Shown in pieces: positions 1-11,700 of a stretch of 64,000 nt of DNA. The DNA is from a virus (taxonomy: Duplodnaviria; Caudoviricetes), in IMG/VR virus record IMGVR_UViG_3300025372_000010, positions 48,863-112,862 of that record. One strand, written 5' to 3'. Position 1 is the stretch's first letter. Each line of letters starts with the position of its first letter. The notes beneath the pieces are model-generated. The model saw nothing but the letters and a program-made list of their open reading frames with translations, did not search any database and was not told where the DNA came from. The position numbers and the translations under genes are program-made.

Positions 1-1
1 T

Positions 2-166
2 GAAGATGTAACTCCTGATCAAGTGGTAGGAATGATCCATAGTAATATAGTTCAGTTGATGATGGTTAATCAACAAGCTAGTAAGCAGTATGAACAACAT
101 CAAAAAAGTAGTAATGCTCCTAGCTTTAATCTTCAAGCAGAGCTTAATAAACTAGGTATAAAATAA
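2..166 (+). CDS. 3' end of upstream gene (partial), probably a virion protein
   Basis: Open frame from the window edge (EDVTPDQVVG...LNKLGIK) to TAA at 164-166, 18 nt before the next ATG. Confidence 0.7.
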   Translation, partial: EDVTPDQVVGMIHSNIVQLMMVNQQASKQYEQHQKSSNAPSFNLQAELNKLGIK

Positions 167-184
167 TACATATCCTACAAACTT

Positions 185-3100
185 ATGGATTCTCTTAACT
201 TTTTAATGCCTGACAATATAAATACGGACAATCTTGTACCTCAAGATAATCCGACAGGTAGTTTATTAGATATACTTCAAACTTCTGGCCCTGGTCCTTC
301 ACAGCCAATTACTTTTGATCCTATTAAAAGTTTTCAGTTTCCTTCTTCTCCAACTTCTGAAGCAGCCGCTGCACCATTATTTTTTGATGCTCAAAGAACT
401 AATGTTGATAGATATACTAACTCAGCTTACTTTAAGCAGTTAGGTTTTAATCCTTTAGAAGGAAATGCTAATGAATACAAGTATGGCTCTATGCAAACAT
501 GGGGTGATACTATGGGTAATGCTTTAGGTGGAGCTTGGAAGTTAGGAGCTAATACATTTATACAAGGATGGGAAGGATGGGGTAATATGGCTAATGCATT
601 GACCTCATGGGATAGTAGTAAGTTAGTAGGAAGTCCAGAACAATTATACCAAAGTAACCAAGAGCAGAATGCTATCATGAACAAGTATGCAATCTTTGCT
701 ACTCCTGAATCAGATGCTGGTGGTGTATTTAATCGTAAGTTTTTTGGTGATATGGTTCAGCAAACTGGATTTGCTCTTGGAACTATTGCTCAGTTTTTAT
801 CAGAAGAGCTTATAACATATGGTTTATCTACAGAGTTTTCATTAGCTAAACTTGGAATTAAAGCTCCATCTTGGTTAGGTAAAGTTGTTACTAAATCAGA
901 GTTATTAGCTGATATGACTAAGCTGGGTGAAAATATCTATAAGGATAGAACCTTTGCTGAGAAGTTTGTAGAGAATGCTAGAAAGTTTGTTCCTTTCTTA
1001 GAGACAGGAGAAGAGATGGCTAAGTATTCTAAAGCTGGTGCTGGTGCTGCTCAAATAGCAGCTATTGGCGTTGGTGGATTAAGAAGAACATTAGCTGAAG
1101 CTAATATGTCTTTTACAGAAGCTCGTATGGAAGCTGCTAACACTTATGGTGATCTTTACAATAAGTTATATGATGAAGAGGTTGATAAGACAGGAGAAGT
1201 ACCATCTGGTGATAAGTTAGCTAGAATGAAAGAGATAGCAATGAAAGCATCTAGTGATAACTTCTTTGTTAACTCAGGAATCTTAATGCTATCTAATAGA
1301 TTACAGTTTGATAATTTATTAGGCAAGTTTAGTTTTGGTAGAGAGATATTAGGAGAAGGTGGTGGGTTTGCAGAAGACATCTTAAAAGTTACTGGTAAGG
1401 TAGGAGAAAATGAAACAACTAAAGTGTACCAAAAAGGATTGATGGGTACACCTGGATTATATGGTAAGATAGCAGAAGACTTTGGAAAAAAAGAAGCTGC
1501 TTGGCAAGTTGCTAAGAGCTTAGGAAAGCATGCATTCAAATGGGAAACTAGTGAGGGTCTTCAAGAGGTTTTCCAAGATTTAAGTAATCAGTCCTTACAA
1601 AACTACTACTATGATTTGTATCATGGTATAAAAGGAGCTGACTTTAGTCCTAGCTTAGAAAAAGCTTGGGCACAGGAGAATCAAGGTAACCAAGGGTTAA
1701 AGACTTTCTTAATGGGAGCTTTAACTGGAAGCTTGATATCTCCTATTGACTTTGCTATAGGCAGAGCCAAAACTTATGGAATGTCAACAGCTGAACAAAG
1801 ACAGACAAGAGAAGCTGATGTAAAAGATGCTGTTGAAATGCTTAATGGTTTTTATGAGAATCCAAACCGTTATCTTAATGAGCATATTGCTAATGTAAAG
1901 TTACAAGATCATGTAGCTAAAACTATGGATGAAGCTATTGCTAATAGAGATAAATATGTGTTTAATAACTTTAGAGATAGTGGATTTGCTAAGATGGTTT
2001 CAGCTGCTATAAAGACAGACATGTATGAGTCTGTTATGAGCACATTAAGAAACTACGGTGAGAGTATGACTGACCAAGACTTCAAAGAAGCTTTTGGTAT
2101 GGAGAAGAATAAATATAATATAGATTCTATAAAAGGATTCTTTGATAAGGTTGCAAGTAGTGTTGAAGAGTTTCATAAGAACTGGAAGACATTACGAGAT
2201 AGATATGCTGACTCTGTTATACCAGAAATATATAAAGATGGCACTCCTGAAAAGAAGATTAGTTTAGCTGCTAAAAGAGCATTAGATGATGCTATTGAAA
2301 TACTAGCTACTAACTCTTATAAAGGACAGAATGCTATTGTCAGAGCTACTGATTTACAAACTCAAATGGCAGCAACTCCAACTATTGGAGGATCATTAGA
2401 GAATGCATTTAGAATATTAGGTCATGCAGGTGAGACAGCTCAAGAAGCATACTTATTAGATCAAGAGATAACATCTTTAGAAAGTGCTGATAAGATTGAT
2501 AGAGAAACTCGTAAGCTTATTACAGCTAAGAAAAAGCAATTAGCTGCTCTTACTGATTGGTTAAAGAATCAAGATGCTCTAGAAAAGATGGGTATTGAAG
2601 AGAAACGTAGATTCAATAAAGCTAGAAAGTCTTTTAGAGACTATGTTAATTCTAAGAATGAGCAAGCTAAGCTAGATGTATCTATAAAGAATGATGACTT
2701 TGAGGATATCTATAAAAACTTCTTAGACTATATTCAACTTAATAGTGATGCTAAACAGTATGTAGATGCATACAATGTTCTAGCTAATCCAACTAAGTTT
2801 ATCTTAATGCATGAGCGTATGCTTGATGCTATATTAAAAACTGAAGAGACTTATAAGAAAGAACATGAGGCTGAGATTAAAGGTGAAAAACCTGAAGCTG
2901 AAGAAAAAACTGGTAGCTTAGCTGATTTAATGGAGAAAGGATTAACAGTTGATGAAGCTAATCCAGAGAAAGTAGAGAAAGAAGAAGCTGAGAAAAAGAA
3001 TGTAGATAAGCAAGCTTTAGAGACTGAGTTACACGATGCATATAGAACATATGCACAAGAAGCTTATGAGCAAGGTAATACTCCAGCTAAACCATCTGAA

Positions 3101-5731
3101 TGGATTCGTTTTGGTGAAACTGCTAGAAAGATATTAACTAAATATGGTGCAACTAAAGAAGATATCTATCATAATATAAATAATGTAACTGAAGATAATT
3201 ATAATGATATATCTTTTAGTTATGGAGAACCTATTGCTGCAGCTCAACCTGCTCCTTTAGAAACTACTGAAGATCAAACTGCAGGTGGTACTAATATTGA
3301 GCAAGTAGATCCTACAGCAGCTGAAACTCCTGCTGAGCAAGCTGTCACTACAGAATTACCTGATAATGTGATTGCTGGTATGGATACTGGTGCTCAACAA
3401 AATCAAGGAGCTAGTCAGTCAGTAGTTATTGGTAAACAAACAATCAATGTAGGTGACAGAATCACTGGTAATCCTGGTGGTGATTTAACTGTTACAGGTA
3501 TTAATTCTAAAGGTGATGTTACATTAGCTAATGATGAAACTCAAGTTACACTTCCTAAAGATGACTTAGCTCAACTAATGGCTAATGGATATAGTCAGAT
3601 AGTTAAAGCTGCAACAAAGACAACAGGCAAAGCTACTCCTAAAAAGACTACAGCTCCTGTAGTTAAGAAACCTACTTTTGAAAATGGTGAGATAAACAAT
3701 GTAGAGCAGACTCGTGCTGCTATGCTTAATCAAGCTAATAAGAAAGGTGGTGTTGATGATCAGTTAGAAAAAGAAACTCCTGGTGTAGTAGAAGGTAAGA
3801 AAGTAATTAATGGTGCTACTAAGATTAACAATCGCACTGAAGACTTTACAGCTACTACAGATAATAAAGGTAAAACTATTCGTCAGATTACTGGTGTAAA
3901 TAGTAACTACCCAATGATTATGGCTACTAGTCGTATTAATATGGGTACTGGTATTACATTAAGAGTAGATACTAGCTTAGCTAACTATGATGAGTATGAG
4001 TATATTAATACTAATAATGTAACTAAGCGTTCTAAAGAAGATTTCTTTGAGAATGGTAAAGTAAAACAGTCAGCTGTAGAATCTTTTCCAATTGCTATCT
4101 ATACTAACTATAATGGTCAAGAAGTAAAATTAGGTTACTTACCTACTGTTGAATGGGTAAATGCAAAGTATCCTAATGGATCTACGGTGAATGTCGTAGA
4201 TAAAACTTATGATAAAGATGGTAATGAACAAGATAATCTTGGACCTAACTTAGCTCAGTTGAGAAAGATTAGACAAGATTTGATGAATGGGTTTAATACT
4301 GCAGGTAAGACTGAATGGACAGCTATAGTAGATAATAAATCTGATGGTAATCTTAGAACTATATCTGGTGTTAATAAAGTAGCAGATGTAGTGAGCCCAG
4401 GTACACAGATTGGTATTATAAAAAATGGTGTTGTTTATACAGGTAAGAATGTAGAAGCTACAGGTCAGATTATACTTCCAAGTGAAGTATCTACTACTAT
4501 AGAGAACAAGAATACAGAAGGCTGGCCAGTTGTATTGATTAATACTCCTACTGGTAAAAGATTAGCAAGCTGGGTTAGTGTTCCAACATTGAATAAAGAA
4601 CATCAAGATCTTATTTTAAATGCTTGGAGTGCGTTCCATTTATTAAACAATAATGCTAAAGCTAACGAGCCACATGATACTAAGTCTAAAGCTTATGAAA
4701 TAGCTAGTGCAATATATGAAGCATATGGGGCTAAGCTTGCAGTAGATGAACAACCTAACTTTAAGCTTTTACAAGACTATGTTAATGACTACATCACTTT
4801 TACAGGTGGTAAGAATGATGAGAAGAATGGTTATAAAAAGTACGATCCATTGAAGCCAGGATCATCTTTATTGACTATATTGCCAAATGGTACTTTGATT
4901 ACATGGGTAGTTCAAACTGGTGTTGAAGCTAACGATAAAGTGTTAATGACTGATCCGTCCAGATTGACTGATGAGAATAAGAACAAGTTCTATAACTTAG
5001 CAGATCAAGTGCACTATAATATTAAGTTTAGTGATAAGAATAATAATGGTATCAACTCTGATAGTAAGATGAGATTTTTAAGTATGGTGGGTGATTCATT
5101 AATTAAGTCTGAGCCTATGACATATAATGAGCATGTATCTAATCTATTAGAGACAAACATAGAGCCAGGTATTCCTTTAGATCCTAAGCAACCAGATGGA
5201 GAAAGAGTTTATTTCTCTAACCCAGTATTGAATTTTAGCTTTACAGAGCCTACAGAAACTAAAGTTACCACTCAAAAAGAAAATGCTGCTGTTCCAGCTG
5301 AAACTACTCTTGTTACTACTAATATAGAATCTAAGAAAGCTGATATAGAAAGAAGAAGACAAGAGCATATTGACTTAATTGAGCATAATGAAAATGCAGA
5401 TGGTAGTGAAGAATCACAAGCATATGACACATCTTGGAGTAAAAAAAATGAATATGAATACTTTTCTGGTAAAACAAAGAAAGAAGTAGTAAATAAAATA
5501 AATGCTAAGTATGATGCTGAACTAGCTGCTTTAGAAGGTGGTAAAACCAAAACTGTAAAGAGCTTAGCTGATGAATTATTAAATATGGACTTTGGTGAAG
5601 GATTAACTGACTTTGGTAACTTTGATCAAGGCGTGATTGATGGAGATCTTCCAGGAGATAAGAAATCAATAGCAACTAAAGTGAATGATATAGTAAACGA
5701 TAAAGAAATAGATAAAAACTGTAACGGATAA
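185..5731 (+). CDS. Giant virion cargo/ejection protein 1 (1848 aa)
   Basis: Very long ORF directly upstream of the vRNAP. Gly/Ala-rich amphipathic N-terminal segments and a single Cys. Matches the crAss-like arrangement of three large cargo genes. Confidence 0.75.
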   Translation: MDSLNFLMPDNINTDNLVPQDNPTGSLLDILQTSGPGPSQPITFDPIKSFQFPSSPTSEAAAAPLFFDAQRTNVDRYTNSAYFKQLGFNPLEGNANEYKYGSMQTWGDTMGNALGGAWKLGANTFIQGWEGWGNMANALTSWDSSKLVGSPEQLYQSNQEQNAIMNKYAIFATPESDAGGVFNRKFFGDMVQQTGFALGTIAQFLSEELITYGLSTEFSLAKLGIKAPSWLGKVVTKSELLADMTKLGENIYKDRTFAEKFVENARKFVPFLETGEEMAKYSKAGAGAAQIAAIGVGGLRRTLAEANMSFTEARMEAANTYGDLYNKLYDEEVDKTGEVPSGDKLARMKEIAMKASSDNFFVNSGILMLSNRLQFDNLLGKFSFGREILGEGGGFAEDILKVTGKVGENETTKVYQKGLMGTPGLYGKIAEDFGKKEAAWQVAKSLGKHAFKWETSEGLQEVFQDLSNQSLQNYYYDLYHGIKGADFSPSLEKAWAQENQGNQGLKTFLMGALTGSLISPIDFAIGRAKTYGMSTAEQRQTREADVKDAVEMLNGFYENPNRYLNEHIANVKLQDHVAKTMDEAIANRDKYVFNNFRDSGFAKMVSAAIKTDMYESVMSTLRNYGESMTDQDFKEAFGMEKNKYNIDSIKGFFDKVASSVEEFHKNWKTLRDRYADSVIPEIYKDGTPEKKISLAAKRALDDAIEILATNSYKGQNAIVRATDLQTQMAATPTIGGSLENAFRILGHAGETAQEAYLLDQEITSLESADKIDRETRKLITAKKKQLAALTDWLKNQDALEKMGIEEKRRFNKARKSFRDYVNSKNEQAKLDVSIKNDDFEDIYKNFLDYIQLNSDAKQYVDAYNVLANPTKFILMHERMLDAILKTEETYKKEHEAEIKGEKPEAEEKTGSLADLMEKGLTVDEANPEKVEKEEAEKKNVDKQALETELHDAYRTYAQEAYEQGNTPAKPSEWIRFGETARKILTKYGATKEDIYHNINNVTEDNYNDISFSYGEPIAAAQPAPLETTEDQTAGGTNIEQVDPTAAETPAEQAVTTELPDNVIAGMDTGAQQNQGASQSVVIGKQTINVGDRITGNPGGDLTVTGINSKGDVTLANDETQVTLPKDDLAQLMANGYSQIVKAATKTTGKATPKKTTAPVVKKPTFENGEINNVEQTRAAMLNQANKKGGVDDQLEKETPGVVEGKKVINGATKINNRTEDFTATTDNKGKTIRQITGVNSNYPMIMATSRINMGTGITLRVDTSLANYDEYEYINTNNVTKRSKEDFFENGKVKQSAVESFPIAIYTNYNGQEVKLGYLPTVEWVNAKYPNGSTVNVVDKTYDKDGNEQDNLGPNLAQLRKIRQDLMNGFNTAGKTEWTAIVDNKSDGNLRTISGVNKVADVVSPGTQIGIIKNGVVYTGKNVEATGQIILPSEVSTTIENKNTEGWPVVLINTPTGKRLASWVSVPTLNKEHQDLILNAWSAFHLLNNNAKANEPHDTKSKAYEIASAIYEAYGAKLAVDEQPNFKLLQDYVNDYITFTGGKNDEKNGYKKYDPLKPGSSLLTILPNGTLITWVVQTGVEANDKVLMTDPSRLTDENKNKFYNLADQVHYNIKFSDKNNNGINSDSKMRFLSMVGDSLIKSEPMTYNEHVSNLLETNIEPGIPLDPKQPDGERVYFSNPVLNFSFTEPTETKVTTQKENAAVPAETTLVTTNIESKKADIERRRQEHIDLIEHNENADGSEESQAYDTSWSKKNEYEYFSGKTKKEVVNKINAKYDAELAALEGGKTKTVKSLADELLNMDFGEGLTDFGNFDQGVIDGDLPGDKKSIATKVNDIVNDKEIDKNCNG

Positions 5732-5734
5732 CAT

Positions 5735-8700
5735 ATGTCTTGTATATACACTATAAATGGTAAGCAGTATTCTGACTCTGAGGTTAAACAAGTCTTCAGT
5801 AGTATCCTAGCTGTTCCTGGTAATGAAAACTTATCGAATGAGGAACTAGTAGCTAAGATTACTGAGCTTAGTAAAGATAGATTTGTTGATGTAAATCTAT
5901 TTAGCCCATATCAAGAATCAGCTTACACTAACATCATCTTTTCTGAGGTTGTTGACCAACTTGGTGTTTTAAAACCTAAGATGGAGATTAAACAATCTGC
6001 AGGTAAAGTATTTGGTGATACTTATAGTCGTTTCAAGAATGAAGCTGCTAAGTTTAATGCTATCTCTGAAAAGATAACATCAGAAGAAGCTTACAATCAG
6101 TTTAAGCAAGTTGAGGGTGTAGCTGCAAAGTTTCCTGAGATTGCTGCTTTAAACTATAATCAGTTCAAGAGTATGGTTGATCAGTTCAATCATATTGTAA
6201 ATGAAGAGAACTGGAAGAAGTTTACTCAACTAGCTGAGCAAAAGCTTAGACAGCTTGGGTTAACTATTAAAGATGGTAATATTGTAGAAAAGAAGTTTGA
6301 TGCTACAGAGATTGCTAAGAGATTAGAAGAGGATCAGAATGATGAGAATGAACCAGAGTATGAAGATTCTGAAAGAGAAATCAATGAGTCATACGAAGAT
6401 GGTCGTGCATTTAGATTATCTCCTAAAGATACTGCTAGCTATCGTGTAAAGTTATTCTTATCTACTATTCCTAACTACGAGAGAAACATCTTTGGTAAGA
6501 AAGACTTTGTGTCTATGGACCAAGTGTTTGAAGACTTGTTGCAAACAGCTGCAACTCTTCCTGTAGTAAACTATAAAACCTTTACAGAAGCTTTATTATC
6601 TAAAGCTGAGGGTAAACCTTATTTACATAATGTAGTAGGTAAGTTAGATAGATTACAAAAAGACGGTAACGTAAAGCTTCGTAATGAAATCATTACAGTA
6701 TTTAATAAAGCCTTTACTGACCATGTGCTTGTTTTATGGAACCCTTCTGAAGGTGGTGTTAAAGTTAAAGTGATTAGCTCTAACCGCAATAGTATAATCC
6801 GCCAAATCAAGCAAGACTGGATTGAAGCTCAGAAAAGATCTGCTATTATCTCTACAGATACTATTGGTGATCTAGTAATAAATAAAGAGAAGGTTAAAGA
6901 GTTATATGATTCTTTAAAAGAAGCTAATAAGTCTAAAGATATCACTGATAAGAAAGCTTGGGTAGCTGAGTTCTTTAAATCAGTAGGTATTGACTTTGAT
7001 GCAAAGATGATTGATGCATTAGTAAAGAGTGCTAATAACGGTTTCTTCAAGTATGTACGTAGTGCTAACTTTGCTGCTATGTTCAGACCTAATGGTGTGT
7101 TTGATAACATCATGAAGACTTATTCTAAAGAGGGTGATGGTAAATCAGATAACCGCTATGAAGATTCTAATAATGCTATGATCCATGAGCGTGCATTTGA
7201 CTATCTAGCTCAGATCTTCTTTGACTTTAATGGTAATAAATATCAGACTGGTACTTTCCAGAATGGTGAGAATAAAACTATCTACTCATACATCCAACCT
7301 AGTTATTTAGAGACAGTTAAGAAAAAGCTTAATAATGGTGACGGTTATTTAAAACGTCTATCAGAAGCTTCTTTCTCTAAATCATCTGAGGTAGTTGCTC
7401 AGTTATTAAATAACCTTACAGAGAATAGTAATAACTTTGTATATCGTATTAGATATGCAGATAGCTTAAAGAATGACACTGCAGAGAAAGCAGGTATAGT
7501 TCGTAAGCGTATGAGCCGTAAAGAAATGTTATTTGATTCATTAGTTAAGTATATGAACTCTGGTAAAAATACAGGGTTGTATAACATGTTTACATTGTCT
7601 GATAAGACAGTTACGCCTGTTATAGAAATGACTAAAACTAAGCTTGATCCAACATTTGATATCTTATTACGTCCTTCTAAGAATACAACTGTAAGAACTA
7701 GCTTTGATTTCAAAGATGGTTTTGCAGATAAATTATACACCCTAGCTAAGTCTGAAATAGATCGTATGGTTGACTATGCTAATAATGCTAATAAAGCAGG
7801 ATTAGGTATAAACAACTTTGATAAGTCTAGTCAGATCTTTTATTTATTCCCAGCTCTTAATAACAAAGAGGATGCTGATCTTAAATCTATTGTAGATTCT
7901 ATACAAGCGGGTAATCAGCCATCTTTAGCAGATGAGAACTATATCAAGAAAGTATTAGTGGATGTGTTTAAAAATGATGTAATGAAGTCATTTAGAACTC
8001 TTACTGATATAGGATTGATTAAGAAGTCTGAAGCTTTAGATGAGAATGATAAGAAGACTATCTTATTAAACTATGATCAATTAGATAAAGACTATCTAGC
8101 TCAATATTCTAATCTAACAGATAAGCAAAAAGGAGTTATGATAATATCTGAATTTAAGTATAATAACTTAAAAGCTCAGATTAATAGTTTACAAGTGTTA
8201 GGTGCAGATCCTGCATTATTTTACAAGACTAAGATTGGAAAAGCTAAAGAAGCTCTTACTACTTCTGATGTTAACTCTATAGTAAAAACTACTATGGATG
8301 AATTCAGTAAGCGTGCTGCAATGTTTATTGCACCAGGAGCTCAAGGTACATTTGAGTGGACTGACTTAAATGGTCGTCCTGTTGATAGAACAAACTATGA
8401 TATAGTTACTATCAAAGATGTGGTTAAGAATGTAGGTGGTTTTGAGAAAGTTAATATTGCAGATGCTCAGGAGTTAGTAACTCTACAAGAGCATATTGAT
8501 AGATTAATGTCTGAAGGTCGTATTGACTTAGAAGACTGGCAGTCTATTACTGATAAAATAGAAAAGAATAAAGGTAAGTTTTATGAGCTTAGCGATAAAG
8601 AAAAGCAGATTGCTTTACAACCAGCTAAGCCTGTATATAGTTCTAATACTTTTGTAGATGGATTTAGTAGAATAGACTATATTAAATCTTCTACATACCC

Positions 8701-11700
8701 AATGATCCCTGAAGTAATTCAAGGAACTGAGTTAGATAAAGTTAGAGCTTGGATGGAGAATAATAATATTAGCTCAGCACCTTTTGAGTCTGCTAAAAAG
8801 ACTGGTATTCCTGCAGCTCCATTAGAGTTGTTTGATGCTAATGATAACTTTGTAGAGCCTACTAAAGAAAGATTAGCTGAAGTGAGACAAACTCTTAACA
8901 GAGAAGGTCTTCGTACACAGCAAGAGATCCCAGCTCAAAAAGATGAGATCAACGTAGTTTCTCAGATGGACCGTCAATTATTTGAGGGTTTACTTGGTAT
9001 TAAAGGATTTATGTTTGATGCTCATAGTTACACTGGCTCTGAACTTAAAAAGCTATCAGAAGCTATTCGTATTGCTTTCTTCTATAAGAACCAGCAGGTT
9101 TTGGCTGATAGATTAAATATAAAGATCACTGATAACAATGTAGTATTTAAAGATCAAAAAGCTTTAGCTGATTTATTAAAAGAAGAAGCTTTAGATAGAG
9201 ATTTCTCTGCTAATGATATTAAAGCCATCCAAACTAATGAGGATGGTAATCTTGTTATTCCTATCTACTTAATGGCTAAGGGTAAGAGATTTGAAGGATT
9301 AGTAACAAGTATTTTCTCTAAGTTAGTAAAGCTTAAAGTGCCTGGAACTAGTTTAGTACAGGTGTCTGGTGTTGGTACCAAAGTAAAAGAGTCTGAGCTT
9401 ACTGATAAAGTAAAGAATCAAATCATCTATACAGATGCTTATGATGCTTCTAAAGGATTACAATACATTCGTAAAGAAGCTACAACAGTTGATGATAAAG
9501 GTAATGTAAAGAAAGGTAAGGCAGTTCAACCTGCACAAGTATTTGTTTCTCAATATCTTAAAGACAAAGAAGGAAACTTAATAGACTTAACTAAGTATGT
9601 TAAGAAAGATGCTCAAGGTAGAATGATATTAGATAGTAATAAGATCGATAAAGACTTATTACAGTTTATTGGTGCACGTATTCCTAACCAAGGTCATTCA
9701 TCAATGTTACCTATAGAAGTGGCAGGGTTCTTACCTAGCTTTATGGAAAACACTGTAGTAGTGCCGGACGGTGTCACATCACAAATGGGATCTGACTTTG
9801 ACGTAGATAAGTTATACTCTTATATTAGTTCTATAGAGAATGTTACTGATGATAAGATCTCTAGTCAGAAGTTTGATAGCTCAATCTATAAGAATGACTA
9901 CGAATCTTTAATGAGTGCTTCAGAAGCTGAGTTATTACAAATGTACAAAGAAATACATTGGTCAGTGTTAACTCATCCGGATGTATTTGATAAGATCACT
10001 CGATCTACAGAGTTTCCAGATATTAGTAAAGAGATTGAAGTATTTGAGAAAGCAGGTTTATTAGAAGATAAGGTGTCTGCATTGCCTATGGACTTTGAAG
10101 CTCAGATTAAAACCTTTTTAGATAACCGTAGTGGTAAATCTGGTACAGGTATATTTGCTCAGATGATTTCATTCTTAGCTGAGCACCAAGATAAAGATAT
10201 CAAGTTAAAGTCTTTCTTAGATAACAATGATAATCCTATACAAGAGTCAGTTAAGTTCTTAAAAGACAACGGTGAAATATTAAAGCTATTTAGATTTACG
10301 GCTGAGGGTAGAAGTGAGACTGAAAATGGTGAGCGTTCTAAGACTGATAATACATCTATATTCCTTTCTGAATCAGTGGATAATGCTAAGAATAAGAACT
10401 TAGATAAGTTCAACTTAACTGTTGAAGCTATGAACGCAGTGCGTGCTGTGATAGGATTAAGTTCAGAAACTGGAGAGATTGCTGATATTAGATATGTGAC
10501 TAGATTGATGCCACAACCTATTATCAAGAACTACTTAAATGAAATAGAGTTATCTCGAGATAGCTTTAGCGATAAGTACACTAACAAGTTTGATATTGCT
10601 ACAAAGATGATTAACACTTATAATAGTTATTTATCTGATGTAGCTGAAATAGATATAGATCAAAGATTATTCTCTCCTGCTACATTACTAAAAGCTTTAA
10701 TAGATGGGAAAGACTTCGGTGAGAAGTTAATCAATGATGCAAAGAATGGTGTATTATTAAATAGTCAGCAACAAGCTCAGCTTAATGAGTATATAAATAA
10801 TCAAGTATCTATCTTAAAACTTTATACTCAATTAGATAATATTGGTTGGGCAATGGGTAAGTTGATGACAGGTACCAATGTTACAACAGCAGGTATTGGG
10901 TCAACTTTATTTGCTGTAGCAGATAAGTTAAGACAAGTAAAAACTGTTGCTCTTAATACTGTATTCCAAAACACTGAACAACTATTAGGTGATATTGCTT
11001 ATGATGGTACGATTATAAATCCTACTAGTCAAGCAGGACATGCTATGAATGTAGCTCTATCTTTTGGTAGAGATGTATTATCTAAGCTTGCACCTATTCA
11101 CTTTGGTGCATCGTTTGACCAATTGAGAGACAAAGTAGTTAGAGAAAGATTTAAAGATTCTAATATATCCAACTGGGGTAAGACTAAGTATATGGAGTTA
11201 AGTGAAGACTTAATGAAATCTGCATATGCTTACTTATTAACTAACCCTGAGTTAGGAATGGTTCAAGATACTCAAAATGATCGCACACGTTTACTTTATG
11301 GAGCTAACGGTGAAAGATCTTTAGGTGAGCGTATTATAGCTCTTAAAGAACAGCTTAAAGATACTAACTACTTTATAAATAGATTACAAGTTACAGCTCC
11401 TATAAATAAAGCTGCAGATCCTTATTTAGTTAAATATAGATCTCCATTCAGTCAAGATATAGATGAGCAGGCTAACAATAAAGGATTCTTAGAGTTAATA
11501 TTAAGCGGTGATAAAAACCAGATTGATATTGCTCGTGATCTAGTTACTTATGCATATCTTACTGGATATGATCAAGGATCTTCTTCTTATTTGAAGTTTA
11601 TCCCTGTAGAGTACTTAATGTTAAACCAGAAGTTTACTAACGGTTTAAAAGACTTTGCTTCTACTTTTGATGACATGGGTACCTTCTATAAGCAGTTTAT

